Of a stretch of 64,000 nt of DNA, positions 1 to 7,525 are shown piece by piece. The translations under genes were made by a program, and so were the position numbers. How positions within the stretch are numbered: the stretch's first letter is position 1; every line of letters begins with the position of its first letter. The notes below the pieces were generated by a model. The model saw only the letters and a list, made by a program, of their open reading frames with translations. It did not search any database and was not told the DNA's origin. The DNA comes from Gemmatimonadota bacterium (GTDB lineage: Bacteria > Gemmatimonadota > Gemmatimonadetes > Gemmatimonadales > GWC2-71-9), in assembly GCA_031402225.1 (NCBI GenBank), contig JANNSD010000023.1, forward strand, positions 11,612-75,611, given 5' to 3'.

Positions 1-1378
1 AGAGCAGCACGGTCCGGCGAATGCCGACGCTCCGCAGCTGGGCCAGGAGTCGGTCGATGCCGGGTCGCAGAGCATCGGCATAGGTAATGACGCCCGCCAG
101 CGCTCCATCGACGGCGACGAATGCCCGGACCGCGCCACCGGCATCGCGGTGCTCATGCTCCAGGGCGTCGAGGTCGGTGACGATGGCGGGATGACGCTCG
201 CGGAGCAGGCTCGCCGCGCCCACCAGCACCCGTCGGCCATCCACCGTGCCTTCGATACCCCGTCCAGCCACCTCGGCCACGTCGATTGCCTTCGGCAGCG
301 CGCCACCCACAGCGCGGGCGGCCGAGACGACTGACCGGGCCAGCAGGTGTCCCGAAGTATCCTCCACCGCGCCGGCCAGCCGGAGCACGTCACCGGTCGC
401 GAATGGTGCGCGGGTCCACACCGCCATCACTTCGGGGCGGCCGAGCGTCAGCGTGCCGGTCTTGTCGAACACCGCCACCGTGGTGCGGCCGAGTTCCTCC
501 AGCGCCATGCCCGACCGGAAGATGACCTGCCGGCGTGCCGCCCGGTTGATCCCGCCGATCACTGCCACGGGCACCGCGAGGATGAGCGGGCATGGAGTGG
601 CGACCACCAGCACCGCGAGCACGCGCTGGGCGTCACCCGACGCGAGCCAGGCAACACCACAGACCGCCAGCGTCAGCGGTGTAAACCAGATGGCGTAGCG
701 ATCGGCAAGACGCTGCATGGGCGCCTTGCTCAGCTGCGCATGGCGCACCAGCTCCACGATGCGGGCGTACTGGCTTTGTGCGGCGGGAGCGGTGACGCGG
801 AAAACAACTGATCCCTCGAGGTTGGCCATGCCACTCATCACGGCCGTGCCCGGTTCCGCGAGCCGCGGCATCGGCTCCCCGGTGAGCGCTGCCGTGTCCA
901 GGTGCGACCGCCCGCTCACCACGATGCCGTCGCATGGGATCAGGTCACCGGGCCGAACGATCAGCAGGTCACCCGCCGCGATGACGGTCGCGCTGACTTC
1001 TTCTTCCCGGTCGCCGATGACTCGGTGCGCCAGCCGGGGCGCCGCTTCCTCGAGCGCGCGCACCGCCTCCGACGCGCGGCCCTCGGCATAGCGCTCGAGC
1101 GCCTCGCCGCCGGTCTGCATGAGCACCACGATGAGGCCGGGCAGGGGTGTGGCGAGGAGGGCGGCCGTGATGATGGCCAGCATGGCTACGAGATCGGCGG
1201 CGAAATGGCCCCGTAGCATGCCGCGTACGGTGTGGACGACCACCGGGGCACCGGTGAGGAGGAGCCCCGCCATCCAAATCCGATGGGCGGTCACCGGATC
1301 GCCGCCCAACTGCAGGCCGAGCCCCGCCAGGATCGCGACGAGGGCGGCCGCCGGGACGAGCGCCTGCCAGCGGCTCAC
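1..1378 (-). CDS. Heavy-metal-translocating P1B-type ATPase, N-terminal ~459 codons (3' end lies beyond the left window edge)
   Basis: Absent from the ORF track because it runs off the window. My own minus-strand translation from GTG at 1378 stays open to position 1. It reads ...LTGEPMP..., the TM motif VLVVATPCPLILAVP (about 560-620) and the phosphorylation site VFDKTGTLT (Asp codon 464-466, in frame with 1378). There is no N-terminal CxxC metal-binding domain. The start GTG overlaps the stop of the upstream regulator (GTGA, 1375-1378). Confidence 0.85.
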   Translation of the reverse strand, partial: MSRWQALVPAAALVAILAGLGLQLGGDPVTAHRIWMAGLLLTGAPVVVHTVRGMLRGHFAADLVAMLAIITAALLATPLPGLIVVLMQTGGEALERYAEGRASEAVRALEEAAPRLAHRVIGDREEEVSATVIAAGDLLIVRPGDLIPCDGIVVSGRSHLDTAALTGEPMPRLAEPGTAVMSGMANLEGSVVFRVTAPAAQSQYARIVELVRHAQLSKAPMQRLADRYAIWFTPLTLAVCGVAWLASGDAQRVLAVLVVATPCPLILAVPVAVIGGINRAARRQVIFRSGMALEELGRTTVAVFDKTGTLTLGRPEVMAVWTRAPFATGDVLRLAGAVEDTSGHLLARSVVSAARAVGGALPKAIDVAEVAGRGIEGTVDGRRVLVGAASLLRERHPAIVTDLDALEHEHRDAGGAVRAFVAVDGALAGVITYADALRPGIDRLLAQLRSVGIRRTVLL

Positions 1379-2079
1379 GCGCTCCGGCTGGTCCGCTCCT
1401 CTGCCTCCACGCCGTCGCGCAGGGAGAAGCCGACGCCGCGCACCGTTTGGATGAGCTGCCGGCCGCAGCTTGCATGCAGCTTCCGCCGGAGGTTGCCCAC
1501 ATGCACATCGACCACATTGCTCTCCGGGTCGAAATGCATGTCCCACACCTTCTCGAGCAGCTGAGTGCGCCGAACCACTTCCTCCGGGCGCAGGAGGAAG
1601 TGCTCGAGGAGCTGGAACTCCTTGTTGGTCAGGTCGAGCGGCTTGTCACCGGCCGTCGCCTGATGGCGCAGGCGGTCGAGAGCGATCGGTCCGTAACGAA
1701 GGACCTCGAGGCGCTCGGCGCCGCCGCGCCGCAGCAGCGCGCGCACCCGGGCGAGGAGTTCGTCGAACCGAAACGGCTTGGAGAGGTAGTCATCGGCGCC
1801 ACTGTCGAGCCCGCGCACGATATCCTCGACCGCGTCGCGCGAGGTCAGCATGAGGATCGGCGTGTTGCGCCCCTCGCGCCGGAGCTCCTGCGCCACCTGG
1901 AAGCCGGATTTCTTGGGCAACACGACGTCGAGCAGGATCACATCGTACTCGTAGACATGCGCGAGCATCGTGGCCTCGGCACCATCAGCCGCAATGTCCA
2001 CCACGTAGCCCTCTTCCTTGAGCCCCTGCTCGATGAAGCCTGCGACCTTCCGGTCGTCTTCTACCAGGAGAACTTTCAT
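1375..2079 (-). CDS. OmpR/PhoB-family response regulator (CusR/CopR-like)
   Basis: 234-aa ORF. Receiver domain (MKVLLVEDD, YDVILLDVVLP, LTSRD, GADDYLSKPF) plus a winged-helix output domain (LTNKEFQLLEHFL, VVDVHVGNLRRKL, IQTVRGVGF). Confidence 0.9.
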   Translation of the reverse strand: MKVLLVEDDRKVAGFIEQGLKEEGYVVDIAADGAEATMLAHVYEYDVILLDVVLPKKSGFQVAQELRREGRNTPILMLTSRDAVEDIVRGLDSGADDYLSKPFRFDELLARVRALLRRGGAERLEVLRYGPIALDRLRHQATAGDKPLDLTNKEFQLLEHFLLRPEEVVRRTQLLEKVWDMHFDPESNVVDVHVGNLRRKLHASCGRQLIQTVRGVGFSLRDGVEAEERTSRSA

Positions 2080-2144
2080 GTCGATTGCCGCCTCGGGTTG
2101 AGTCCTGGCCGTAAATCTCTGCTGGCGGGATGATCCGGTAGGGA

Positions 2145-2160
2145 ACTCTTCATGAAGAGT
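2145..2160. promoter_or_regulatory. 16-bp perfect palindrome ACTCTTCATGAAGAGT in the kinase-regulator spacer; candidate operator
   Basis: Read directly: ACTCTTCA|TGAAGAGT is its own reverse complement. It is AT-richer than its surroundings and is followed by ACTTCAC (2161-2167). The half-site ACTCTTCA recurs at 3422-3429. The function is inferred; the pattern is certain. Confidence 0.35.
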
Positions 2161-2163
2161 ACT

Positions 2164-3396
2164 TCACGCACCGGGTGTTTGGGGGAGGCGGAGGACAAAG
2201 CGGCCCCCGCCGCCCGGATTGGCCTCGGCGAACAGGTCACCCCCCAGGAGTCGCGCGAGCCGGCGTGACAGCGGGAGGCCCAGCCCGACCCCGCGCGCCT
2301 CCTCGCCCGCCTTGGTCTCATAGACGTCGAAGATCCGATCGAGGTCATCCTCCGGCACACCGGGGCCGCTGTCCTCCACCCGGAACAGGAGTGAGGTGCC
2401 CCCCTCGGGCCCGACCCGGAGCAGCACCAGGCCGCCGACCGGGGCATGTCGGACCGCGTTGTTGAGCACATTGCCGAGGATCTGTTCCACCCGCATTGCA
2501 TCGGTCATGCAGGTTGGCATGGCCGCCGCCAGTTCGCTGCGGAGCTCAATGCTGCGCTGGGCGGCGGCCGGTGTGGCGTGGCTGATGGCCCGCCGGGCTA
2601 CGGCGGCGGGATCGACCGCCTGCAGGTTGGGCCGGAGGCGATCTTCGTCCAGTCGGGACAGGTCGAGCAGGTCGTTGATGAGGTCCACCGCCTGGCCCGC
2701 CGAGTCGAGCACCTCGAACGCGGCGCGGGGCACGGTGGCGGGGTCCTTCTTCCGGACCATCATCTCCGCCCAGCCATAGACGCCCGCAATGGCATTGCGC
2801 AGCTCGTGGTTGACCATCGCGAAGAACCGTTCCCGCGCCCGCTGCAGTCCCTGCACTTCCTGGAGCAGTCGGGCGCTCTCGCCGTGCAGCCGCGCGTTCT
2901 CGACGGCGGCAGCGGTCTGGGCGGCCAGCAGCAGGCCCACGTACTCATCCTCGTCGGTGAAGAGGCCCCCGCCCAGCTTCTCGGTCATGTACAGGTTGCC
3001 GAAGACGCCCCGGCGTCCAACGATCGGCACGCCGAGAAAGGAGTGCATCGGCGGATGGTGCGGTGGGAAACCGAACGAATCGGGGTGCTTTTCGAGGTTG
3101 GGCAGGCGCACGACTGCGGCCTTGCGGATGACGAGCCCGAGGATGCCGTGGCCTCGGGGCAGGGCCCCGATCTGGTGGCGATGCTCGGGGGTGATGCCGG
3201 CGGTGGTGAAGCTCTCGAGGGCGCGGCCATCGGGTGCCAGCACGCCAAGCGCTGCATACCGGCAGTCGATGAGTTCAACCGCGACGTCGGTGACTTTCTG
3301 CAGTACGCGCTCGAGCGAGGTTTCTGTCGCGAGCGACAGGCTGGCATCGAGCAACCGCTCGAGCCTGAGCTGCGTGGTCGGTTTTGGCGGGGTCAT
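2164..3396 (-). CDS. Soluble GAF-domain sensor histidine kinase
   Basis: 410-aa ORF with no hydrophobic TM segment. N-terminal GAF-like region (HGILGLVIR..., HPDSFGFPPHHPPMHSFLGVPI, GNLYMTEK), H-box FFAMVNHELRNAIAGV, and ATPase boxes LGNVLNNAVRHAP, VEDSGPGVP, GVGLGLPLSRRLARLLGG. Confidence 0.85.
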   Translation of the reverse strand: MTPPKPTTQLRLERLLDASLSLATETSLERVLQKVTDVAVELIDCRYAALGVLAPDGRALESFTTAGITPEHRHQIGALPRGHGILGLVIRKAAVVRLPNLEKHPDSFGFPPHHPPMHSFLGVPIVGRRGVFGNLYMTEKLGGGLFTDEDEYVGLLLAAQTAAAVENARLHGESARLLQEVQGLQRARERFFAMVNHELRNAIAGVYGWAEMMVRKKDPATVPRAAFEVLDSAGQAVDLINDLLDLSRLDEDRLRPNLQAVDPAAVARRAISHATPAAAQRSIELRSELAAAMPTCMTDAMRVEQILGNVLNNAVRHAPVGGLVLLRVGPEGGTSLLFRVEDSGPGVPEDDLDRIFDVYETKAGEEARGVGLGLPLSRRLARLLGGDLFAEANPGGGGRFVLRLPQTPGA

Positions 3397-3422
3397 GCCG
3401 CAACCTAAGCGGCCCGGCTGGA

Positions 3423-3452
3423 CTCTTCACCCCCCCTTCACCGACCTTTCAC
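3423..3452. promoter_or_regulatory. Three direct repeats CYYTTCAC spaced exactly 11 bp apart in the divergent kinase/USP intergenic region
   Basis: CTCTTCAC (3423-3430), CCCTTCAC (3434-3441), CCTTTCAC (3445-3452). One-helical-turn phasing is typical of OmpR/PhoB-family binding arrays. The repeats share the CTCTTCA core with the palindrome at 2145-2160. Confidence 0.35.
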
Positions 3453-3476
3453 TGCCCGTCTGCCAAACTGGACGCA

Positions 3477-4058
3477 ATGACTCCGACCCGTCATTTCGTC
3501 GTCGCCGTTTCTCCGGAGGTTGCGGCCGAGAGTGCGCTGAGGGTGGCGCGCGCCTTGGCCAGTGCGACGCACGCGCGCCTGACCCTGTTCCCACTCAGCG
3601 ACCATGTGGCGCTCGGTGCCGGCGTGGCCGGTATCGAGATTTCCCGGTTTGCGGAAAGCGTCCAGGCTGACCTGCTGGTGCTGCCCCGGATGATGCTCGC
3701 CGGGGAGCAACTGACCGACGCCGTGACCCGGCGCAGTCGCGTGCCCTGCCTCGTGGTGTCTTCGGGGCAGGAAGACCTCCACCGATGGCTGGTCGCGCTG
3801 GACGGGTCGCCCCGTTGCACCTTGGTGCTGTCGATGGTTGCGCCTCTGGTGAAGGCGGTGGGCGGCACCGCCAGGCCACTCACGGTGCGGCACGGGGATG
3901 TCATGACGGAAGTGCTGCGGGAGCGGGAGGCGCTCCAGGCGGGCGTGCTTGCCATCGGGTCGCGACCGGGCGGGCCGCCTCCACCGATCCCGACGGGCAG
4001 CCTGGCGCGGCGCTTCGTGAACGACGCCCCCTGCATGGTGTTGACCGTGCCGCTCTGA
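3477..4058 (+). CDS. Universal stress protein (UspA-family), apparently tandem-domain
   Basis: In-frame ATG at 3477 within ORF 3384..4058. Two USP-like halves (HFVVAVSPE...ADLLVLP and RWLVALDGSP...VLAIGSRPGG...GSLARRFVNDAPCMVLTV, a G-x2-G-x9-GS type ATP-loop). The start choice is uncertain. Confidence 0.55.
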   Translation: MTPTRHFVVAVSPEVAAESALRVARALASATHARLTLFPLSDHVALGAGVAGIEISRFAESVQADLLVLPRMMLAGEQLTDAVTRRSRVPCLVVSSGQEDLHRWLVALDGSPRCTLVLSMVAPLVKAVGGTARPLTVRHGDVMTEVLREREALQAGVLAIGSRPGGPPPPIPTGSLARRFVNDAPCMVLTVPL

Positions 4059-4073
4059 CCGGCCATTCGCCGC

Positions 4074-5156
4074 GTGGCTACACTTGTCGCCATGCTGCCT
4101 TCACTCCTCCTGGCGACACCGTTCGTTCTTGCCGTTGCCGCATCGGTGCTGCCGCGTGGACCCGCCGTTCGCCACGCCGCGATCGGAACGGTCCTCGCTT
4201 CGCTCGCCACCGCCGCCGCGTCCCGTGCCGCTCTGGCGCCTCTGTCCTTTCATACCATCAACAACGCCATCTTGTGGTGCGGACTGTTGCTCGTCGTTGT
4301 CGCGGTGGCGGAGGGATGGCGGGCTGGCCATCGCGCCAGCAGCATACCGGCTGCCGTTGCCCTGCTGGTGGCGTTCGCTGGCTGTGGCGGCACCCTGCGC
4401 GAGGGACGCGTGCTCCTGTCCTTGCTCGCGGGCCTTGTGGGTGCCGCCGTACTCACCGTGCTGCGCGTCGGGACCGCGACACAGGCACCGCGTGAGCCCG
4501 GGGCCGTGAGCCGTGCGGGCGGCTTCCGCCGATGGGGAATGCCACTGCTGCTCTCCCTGCTCCTGCTCCCGGCGCTCTGGTTCTGGCTGACCGTCGCGGG
4601 GCCGGAGGGGGTGTCCCTGCAGGGGCTTCGCGAGGCGCCGTTCAGTCCGGCGGCTGAGACACTGCTGGCGGCGCTGCTCCTCCCAGCGTCGCTGGTACTC
4701 GCCGGGACCTGGCCCTTTGGCGGCCTGACGCGAGGACCGCGATACGCGCCGCTTGGCGCGATGCTGCTCCTTGTTGTCGTCCTGCCGCTGCTGGGCGAGG
4801 GAGTGGAACACTGGCGTTCGCTGTACGCTGGATGGATCGTACTGGGCGCCGTGGTCGCGGCCGTGGGTGCCCGGTGGCCGCACCTCATGGCGAGTGCCGG
4901 GCTGTTCGCGATCGTGTGCGGCGGGCCGTCAGCGTGGTGGGCGGGAATGTCGCTGACCCTGATCGCCAGCCTGATATCGCTGGTGCCAGGGGTGCGCGGC
5001 ATGCCCGTGCGGGTGGTGATGCTCGTGGCCGCCGGCTGCGGCATCGTGGCGCTCGGGGCGACACTCGGCAACGAAGTGGTCTACTCCGCGGCCATGCTGC
5101 TCGCGACCATCATCGGGATGCTGCGGACGCCGCTTCCCCTGGCCGCGAGCCGCTAG
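4074..5156 (+). CDS. Polytopic integral membrane protein, family not recognised
   Basis: 360-aa ORF, almost entirely hydrophobic Ala/Leu/Val/Gly-rich segments (about 9-10 predicted helices by eye). No motif I can assign. The start could be GTG 4074 or ATG 4092. Confidence 0.5.
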   Translation: MATLVAMLPSLLLATPFVLAVAASVLPRGPAVRHAAIGTVLASLATAAASRAALAPLSFHTINNAILWCGLLLVVVAVAEGWRAGHRASSIPAAVALLVAFAGCGGTLREGRVLLSLLAGLVGAAVLTVLRVGTATQAPREPGAVSRAGGFRRWGMPLLLSLLLLPALWFWLTVAGPEGVSLQGLREAPFSPAAETLLAALLLPASLVLAGTWPFGGLTRGPRYAPLGAMLLLVVVLPLLGEGVEHWRSLYAGWIVLGAVVAAVGARWPHLMASAGLFAIVCGGPSAWWAGMSLTLIASLISLVPGVRGMPVRVVMLVAAGCGIVALGATLGNEVVYSAAMLLATIIGMLRTPLPLAASR

Positions 5157-5611
5157 TACGTCGAGAACACCGTCGTCTTTCCCCTCGCATCGAAGGCCAG
5201 GACCTGGAAACGCTCTGGTGTGCCACCTTCCATGCCGGGAGAACCGGTGACCATCCCCGGCACGGTCAGGCCCACGATCTTCGGGTGCTCCTTGAGCAGG
5301 CGCTCGATGTCGGCGGCCGGTACGTGACCCTCGATGACATAGCCGCCGACGATGGCGGTGTGGCATGACCCCAGCGCGTCCGGCACGCCAAGGTCCGCCT
5401 TCACGGCCGTCATGTCGCTCGTGTCATGAGCCGCCACCGAGAAGCCCTGCTTCCGGAGGTAGTTGACCCACTTGTTGCAGCAGCCGCAGGTGGCCGCCTT
5501 GTAGACCACGACCTGGGTGACGGCGGCTGGCCGGGCGGCCACGGTGAACGTGACGACTGTCGCGGCGGCGAGGGCAATCCCCGTGAGTCGGCGCAGCAGG
5601 GCGGCCGTCAC
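5153..5611 (-). CDS. DUF411 / CopG-like periplasmic metal-binding protein
   Basis: 152-aa ORF with an N-terminal signal-like segment. It carries the cysteine motif ATCGCCNKW, SCHTAIVGGYVIEGHVP and the Met-rich GMVTGSPGME characteristic of the DUF411 family found in copper-resistance loci. Confidence 0.8.
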   Translation of the reverse strand: MTAALLRRLTGIALAAATVVTFTVAARPAAVTQVVVYKAATCGCCNKWVNYLRKQGFSVAAHDTSDMTAVKADLGVPDALGSCHTAIVGGYVIEGHVPAADIERLLKEHPKIVGLTVPGMVTGSPGMEGGTPERFQVLAFDARGKTTVFSTY

Positions 5612-5841
5612 GTGGCGTCCGCGGAGGCGGGATCTGGCAGTTCACGGAACTCCATCTGCTCTGCCGCTACTTCACGAAAGTCGCCAGCGACGCGCAACCG
5701 GGCCATGCGATCACCCATGAAGTTGAGCCGTCGCTCCCGCAGGCCCGGGAAGAGCGGCACCACATCGTACCACACGCCGATGTTGAGGTCAGGGTGCTTC
5801 AAGCGGAATTCGGGCTTGAGCCGGGCCTGATAACGGGCCAT
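5608..5841 (-). CDS. Hypothetical 77-aa protein translationally coupled to the DUF411 gene
   Basis: The track ORF starts at TTG 5865. An in-frame ATG at 5841 is preceded by a perfect AGGAGG (complement of 5846-5851) with a 4-nt spacer, giving MARYQARLKPEF.... Its stop overlaps the DUF411 start (ATGA). No recognisable domain. Confidence 0.5.
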   Translation of the reverse strand: MARYQARLKPEFRLKHPDLNIGVWYDVVPLFPGLRERRLNFMGDRMARLRVAGDFREVAAEQMEFRELPDPASADAT

Positions 5842-5944
5842 GGCACCTCCTATGGCTGCTTTCAAGGTCGCTCCGGGTGTAGGCGGTGAATCGTGCGTCG
5901 CCCGGAAGTGTATGCGCCACCGGCGTTACGTCAATTCACAAATG

Positions 5945-5973
5945 TTGACCGCCCTCTCGGGGGTGTCCATATT
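5945..5973 (+). promoter_or_regulatory. Putative sigma70-type promoter of the SOD gene (TTGACC-N17-CATATT)
   Basis: TTGACC at 5945-5950, a 17-nt spacer, then CATATT at 5968-5973, about 57 nt upstream of the ATG. The -35 element is the right arm of the inverted repeat GTCAA-N10-TTGAC (5930-5949). Confidence 0.3.
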
Positions 5974-6029
5974 TGGCCGCGCGTCCCGGCTCCCCTGACG
6001 GGCCGGCGCACCCTACAACGAGGCTTGCC

Positions 6030-6638
6030 ATGGCGTTCGCACTTCCTCCGCTTCCATACGACTACACCGCCCTGGAGCCGCATATCGACGAAATGACGAT
6101 GCGGATCCATCATGACAAGCATCATGCGGCATATGTCAACAACCTGAACACCGCGCTGGAACCCCACGCCGGCCTGCAGGGCAAGAGCCTCGATGCGCTC
6201 CTGGCCGACCTGTCCGCCGTCCCCGAGTCGATCCGGGGCGCGGTACGGAACAACGGTGGTGGCCACTGGAACCACACGATGTTCTGGGAAGTCATGGCGC
6301 CGGGTGGCGCGAAGGAACCGCATGGTGCGCTGGCGTCCGCCATCGACCAGGCGTTTGGCGGGTTCGCGCCGTTCAAGGAGCAGTTCCAGAAGGCGTGTAT
6401 CGGCCGCTTTGGCAGCGGCTGGGGTTGGCTCGTGGCCGACGGCAAGGGTGGCGTCAGCATCGAGAGCACCCCCAACCAGGACAGCCCGCTGATGGAAGGG
6501 CGGAAGGCAATTCTCGGTTGCGATGTGTGGGAGCACGCCTATTACCTCAAGTACCAGAACCGCCGCCCGGACTATGTGGGCGCGTGGTGGAACGTGGTGA
6601 ACTGGACCGAGGTCGGGAAGCGTTTCGAGCAGCGGTAA
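6030..6638 (+). CDS. sodA: Fe/Mn-family superoxide dismutase (Mn-type signature)
   Basis: Internal ATG of ORF 5973..6638 gives [32 protein letters not shown]..., [38 protein letters not shown]. These are classical SOD ligand and signature motifs. Confidence 0.92.
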   Translation: MAFALPPLPYDYTALEPHIDEMTMRIHHDKHHAAYVNNLNTALEPHAGLQGKSLDALLADLSAVPESIRGAVRNNGGGHWNHTMFWEVMAPGGAKEPHGALASAIDQAFGGFAPFKEQFQKACIGRFGSGWGWLVADGKGGVSIESTPNQDSPLMEGRKAILGCDVWEHAYYLKYQNRRPDYVGAWWNVVNWTEVGKRFEQR

Positions 6639-6668
6639 CCAACCAGTCACCTGGATATCTCATAGCAC

Positions 6669-7127
6669 ATGGCGCTTCCCCCTGTTGGTTCGCCCGCCCC
6701 CGATTTCACGCTGTCGTCCACGTCGGGAGCGGACGTCACCCTGTCCGCGCTCCGCGGCAAGAACGTGCTCCTCGCGTTCTTCCCGATGGCGTTCACCAGT
6801 ACCTGCACCGCTGAGATGTGTGCGCTCACCGAGGATTACGACACGCTCGCCAACGCCGATACGATGGTGCTGCCGATCAGCACCGATGCGGTCCCGTCCC
6901 TGGTCGAATTCAAGCGCAAGGAAAGCCTCGGCGTGGACCTGCTGAGCGACTTCAAGCGCGAAGTCTCGCGGCAGTACGGCACGCTCATCGAGGAGCGTTT
7001 CTTCTCCAACCGCGCCTACGTGCTCATCGACCGCCAGGGCACGATCCGCTGGGCGTTCATGGAAGCGACGCCCGGATCCCGGCGGGAAAACGCCGAGATC
7101 TTCGAGCAGCTGGCGCAGCTCGGCTGA
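6669..7127 (+). CDS. Peroxiredoxin (AhpC/TSA family, AhpE/Bcp-like)
   Basis: 152-aa ORF: PAPDFTL...GKNVLLAFFPMAFTSTCTAEMC (peroxidatic Cys in the T-x-x-C context) in a thioredoxin-fold pattern. Confidence 0.85.
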   Translation: MALPPVGSPAPDFTLSSTSGADVTLSALRGKNVLLAFFPMAFTSTCTAEMCALTEDYDTLANADTMVLPISTDAVPSLVEFKRKESLGVDLLSDFKREVSRQYGTLIEERFFSNRAYVLIDRQGTIRWAFMEATPGSRRENAEIFEQLAQLG

Positions 7128-7147
7128 AAGGCCCCATCTCCCGCTTC

Positions 7148-7525
7148 ATGTCGCCCGGCCGGTCCGGGCTCGCATCGCTCCTGATCCTCGTGGCCCTGCT
7201 GCCAGCCTGTACGATCGAGGATCGCGCACCGACCGGGAGCCGGAAGGATCAGGCGGAGATCCAGCGGCTCATCTATGCCTATCACCGTTCCGCCAGCGTC
7301 GATCCGTCCGGGGATCCGAGCCCCGGCGCCATGCGCGTGACCCGGATCGACCTTCGACAGGAGGGCGACCTGGCGGCGGCATGGGTGACGGCCCGGCTTG
7401 CGGGGTCCGATGACGGTGAGGTGCTGGAGCATTTCGTCCTGCGGCGGAGCGGCACAGAGTGGCGCGTGGTGAACGTGGGCGTCGCCGCGGTGCGTCCGGC
7501 GGGCCCACGGCGCGCCTCGCCGTGA
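7148..7525 (+). CDS. Small putative lipoprotein (possibly NTF2/SnoaL-like), coupled to the downstream kinase
   Basis: Internal ATG 7148 of ORF 6818..7525 gives MSPGRSGLASLLILVALLPAC (signal plus lipobox-like LPAC). The upstream part of the track ORF overlaps the peroxiredoxin gene out of frame. The stop TGA (7523-7525) overlaps a GTG (7522) in the kinase frame. Confidence 0.55.
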   Translation: MSPGRSGLASLLILVALLPACTIEDRAPTGSRKDQAEIQRLIYAYHRSASVDPSGDPSPGAMRVTRIDLRQEGDLAAAWVTARLAGSDDGEVLEHFVLRRSGTEWRVVNVGVAAVRPAGPRRASP

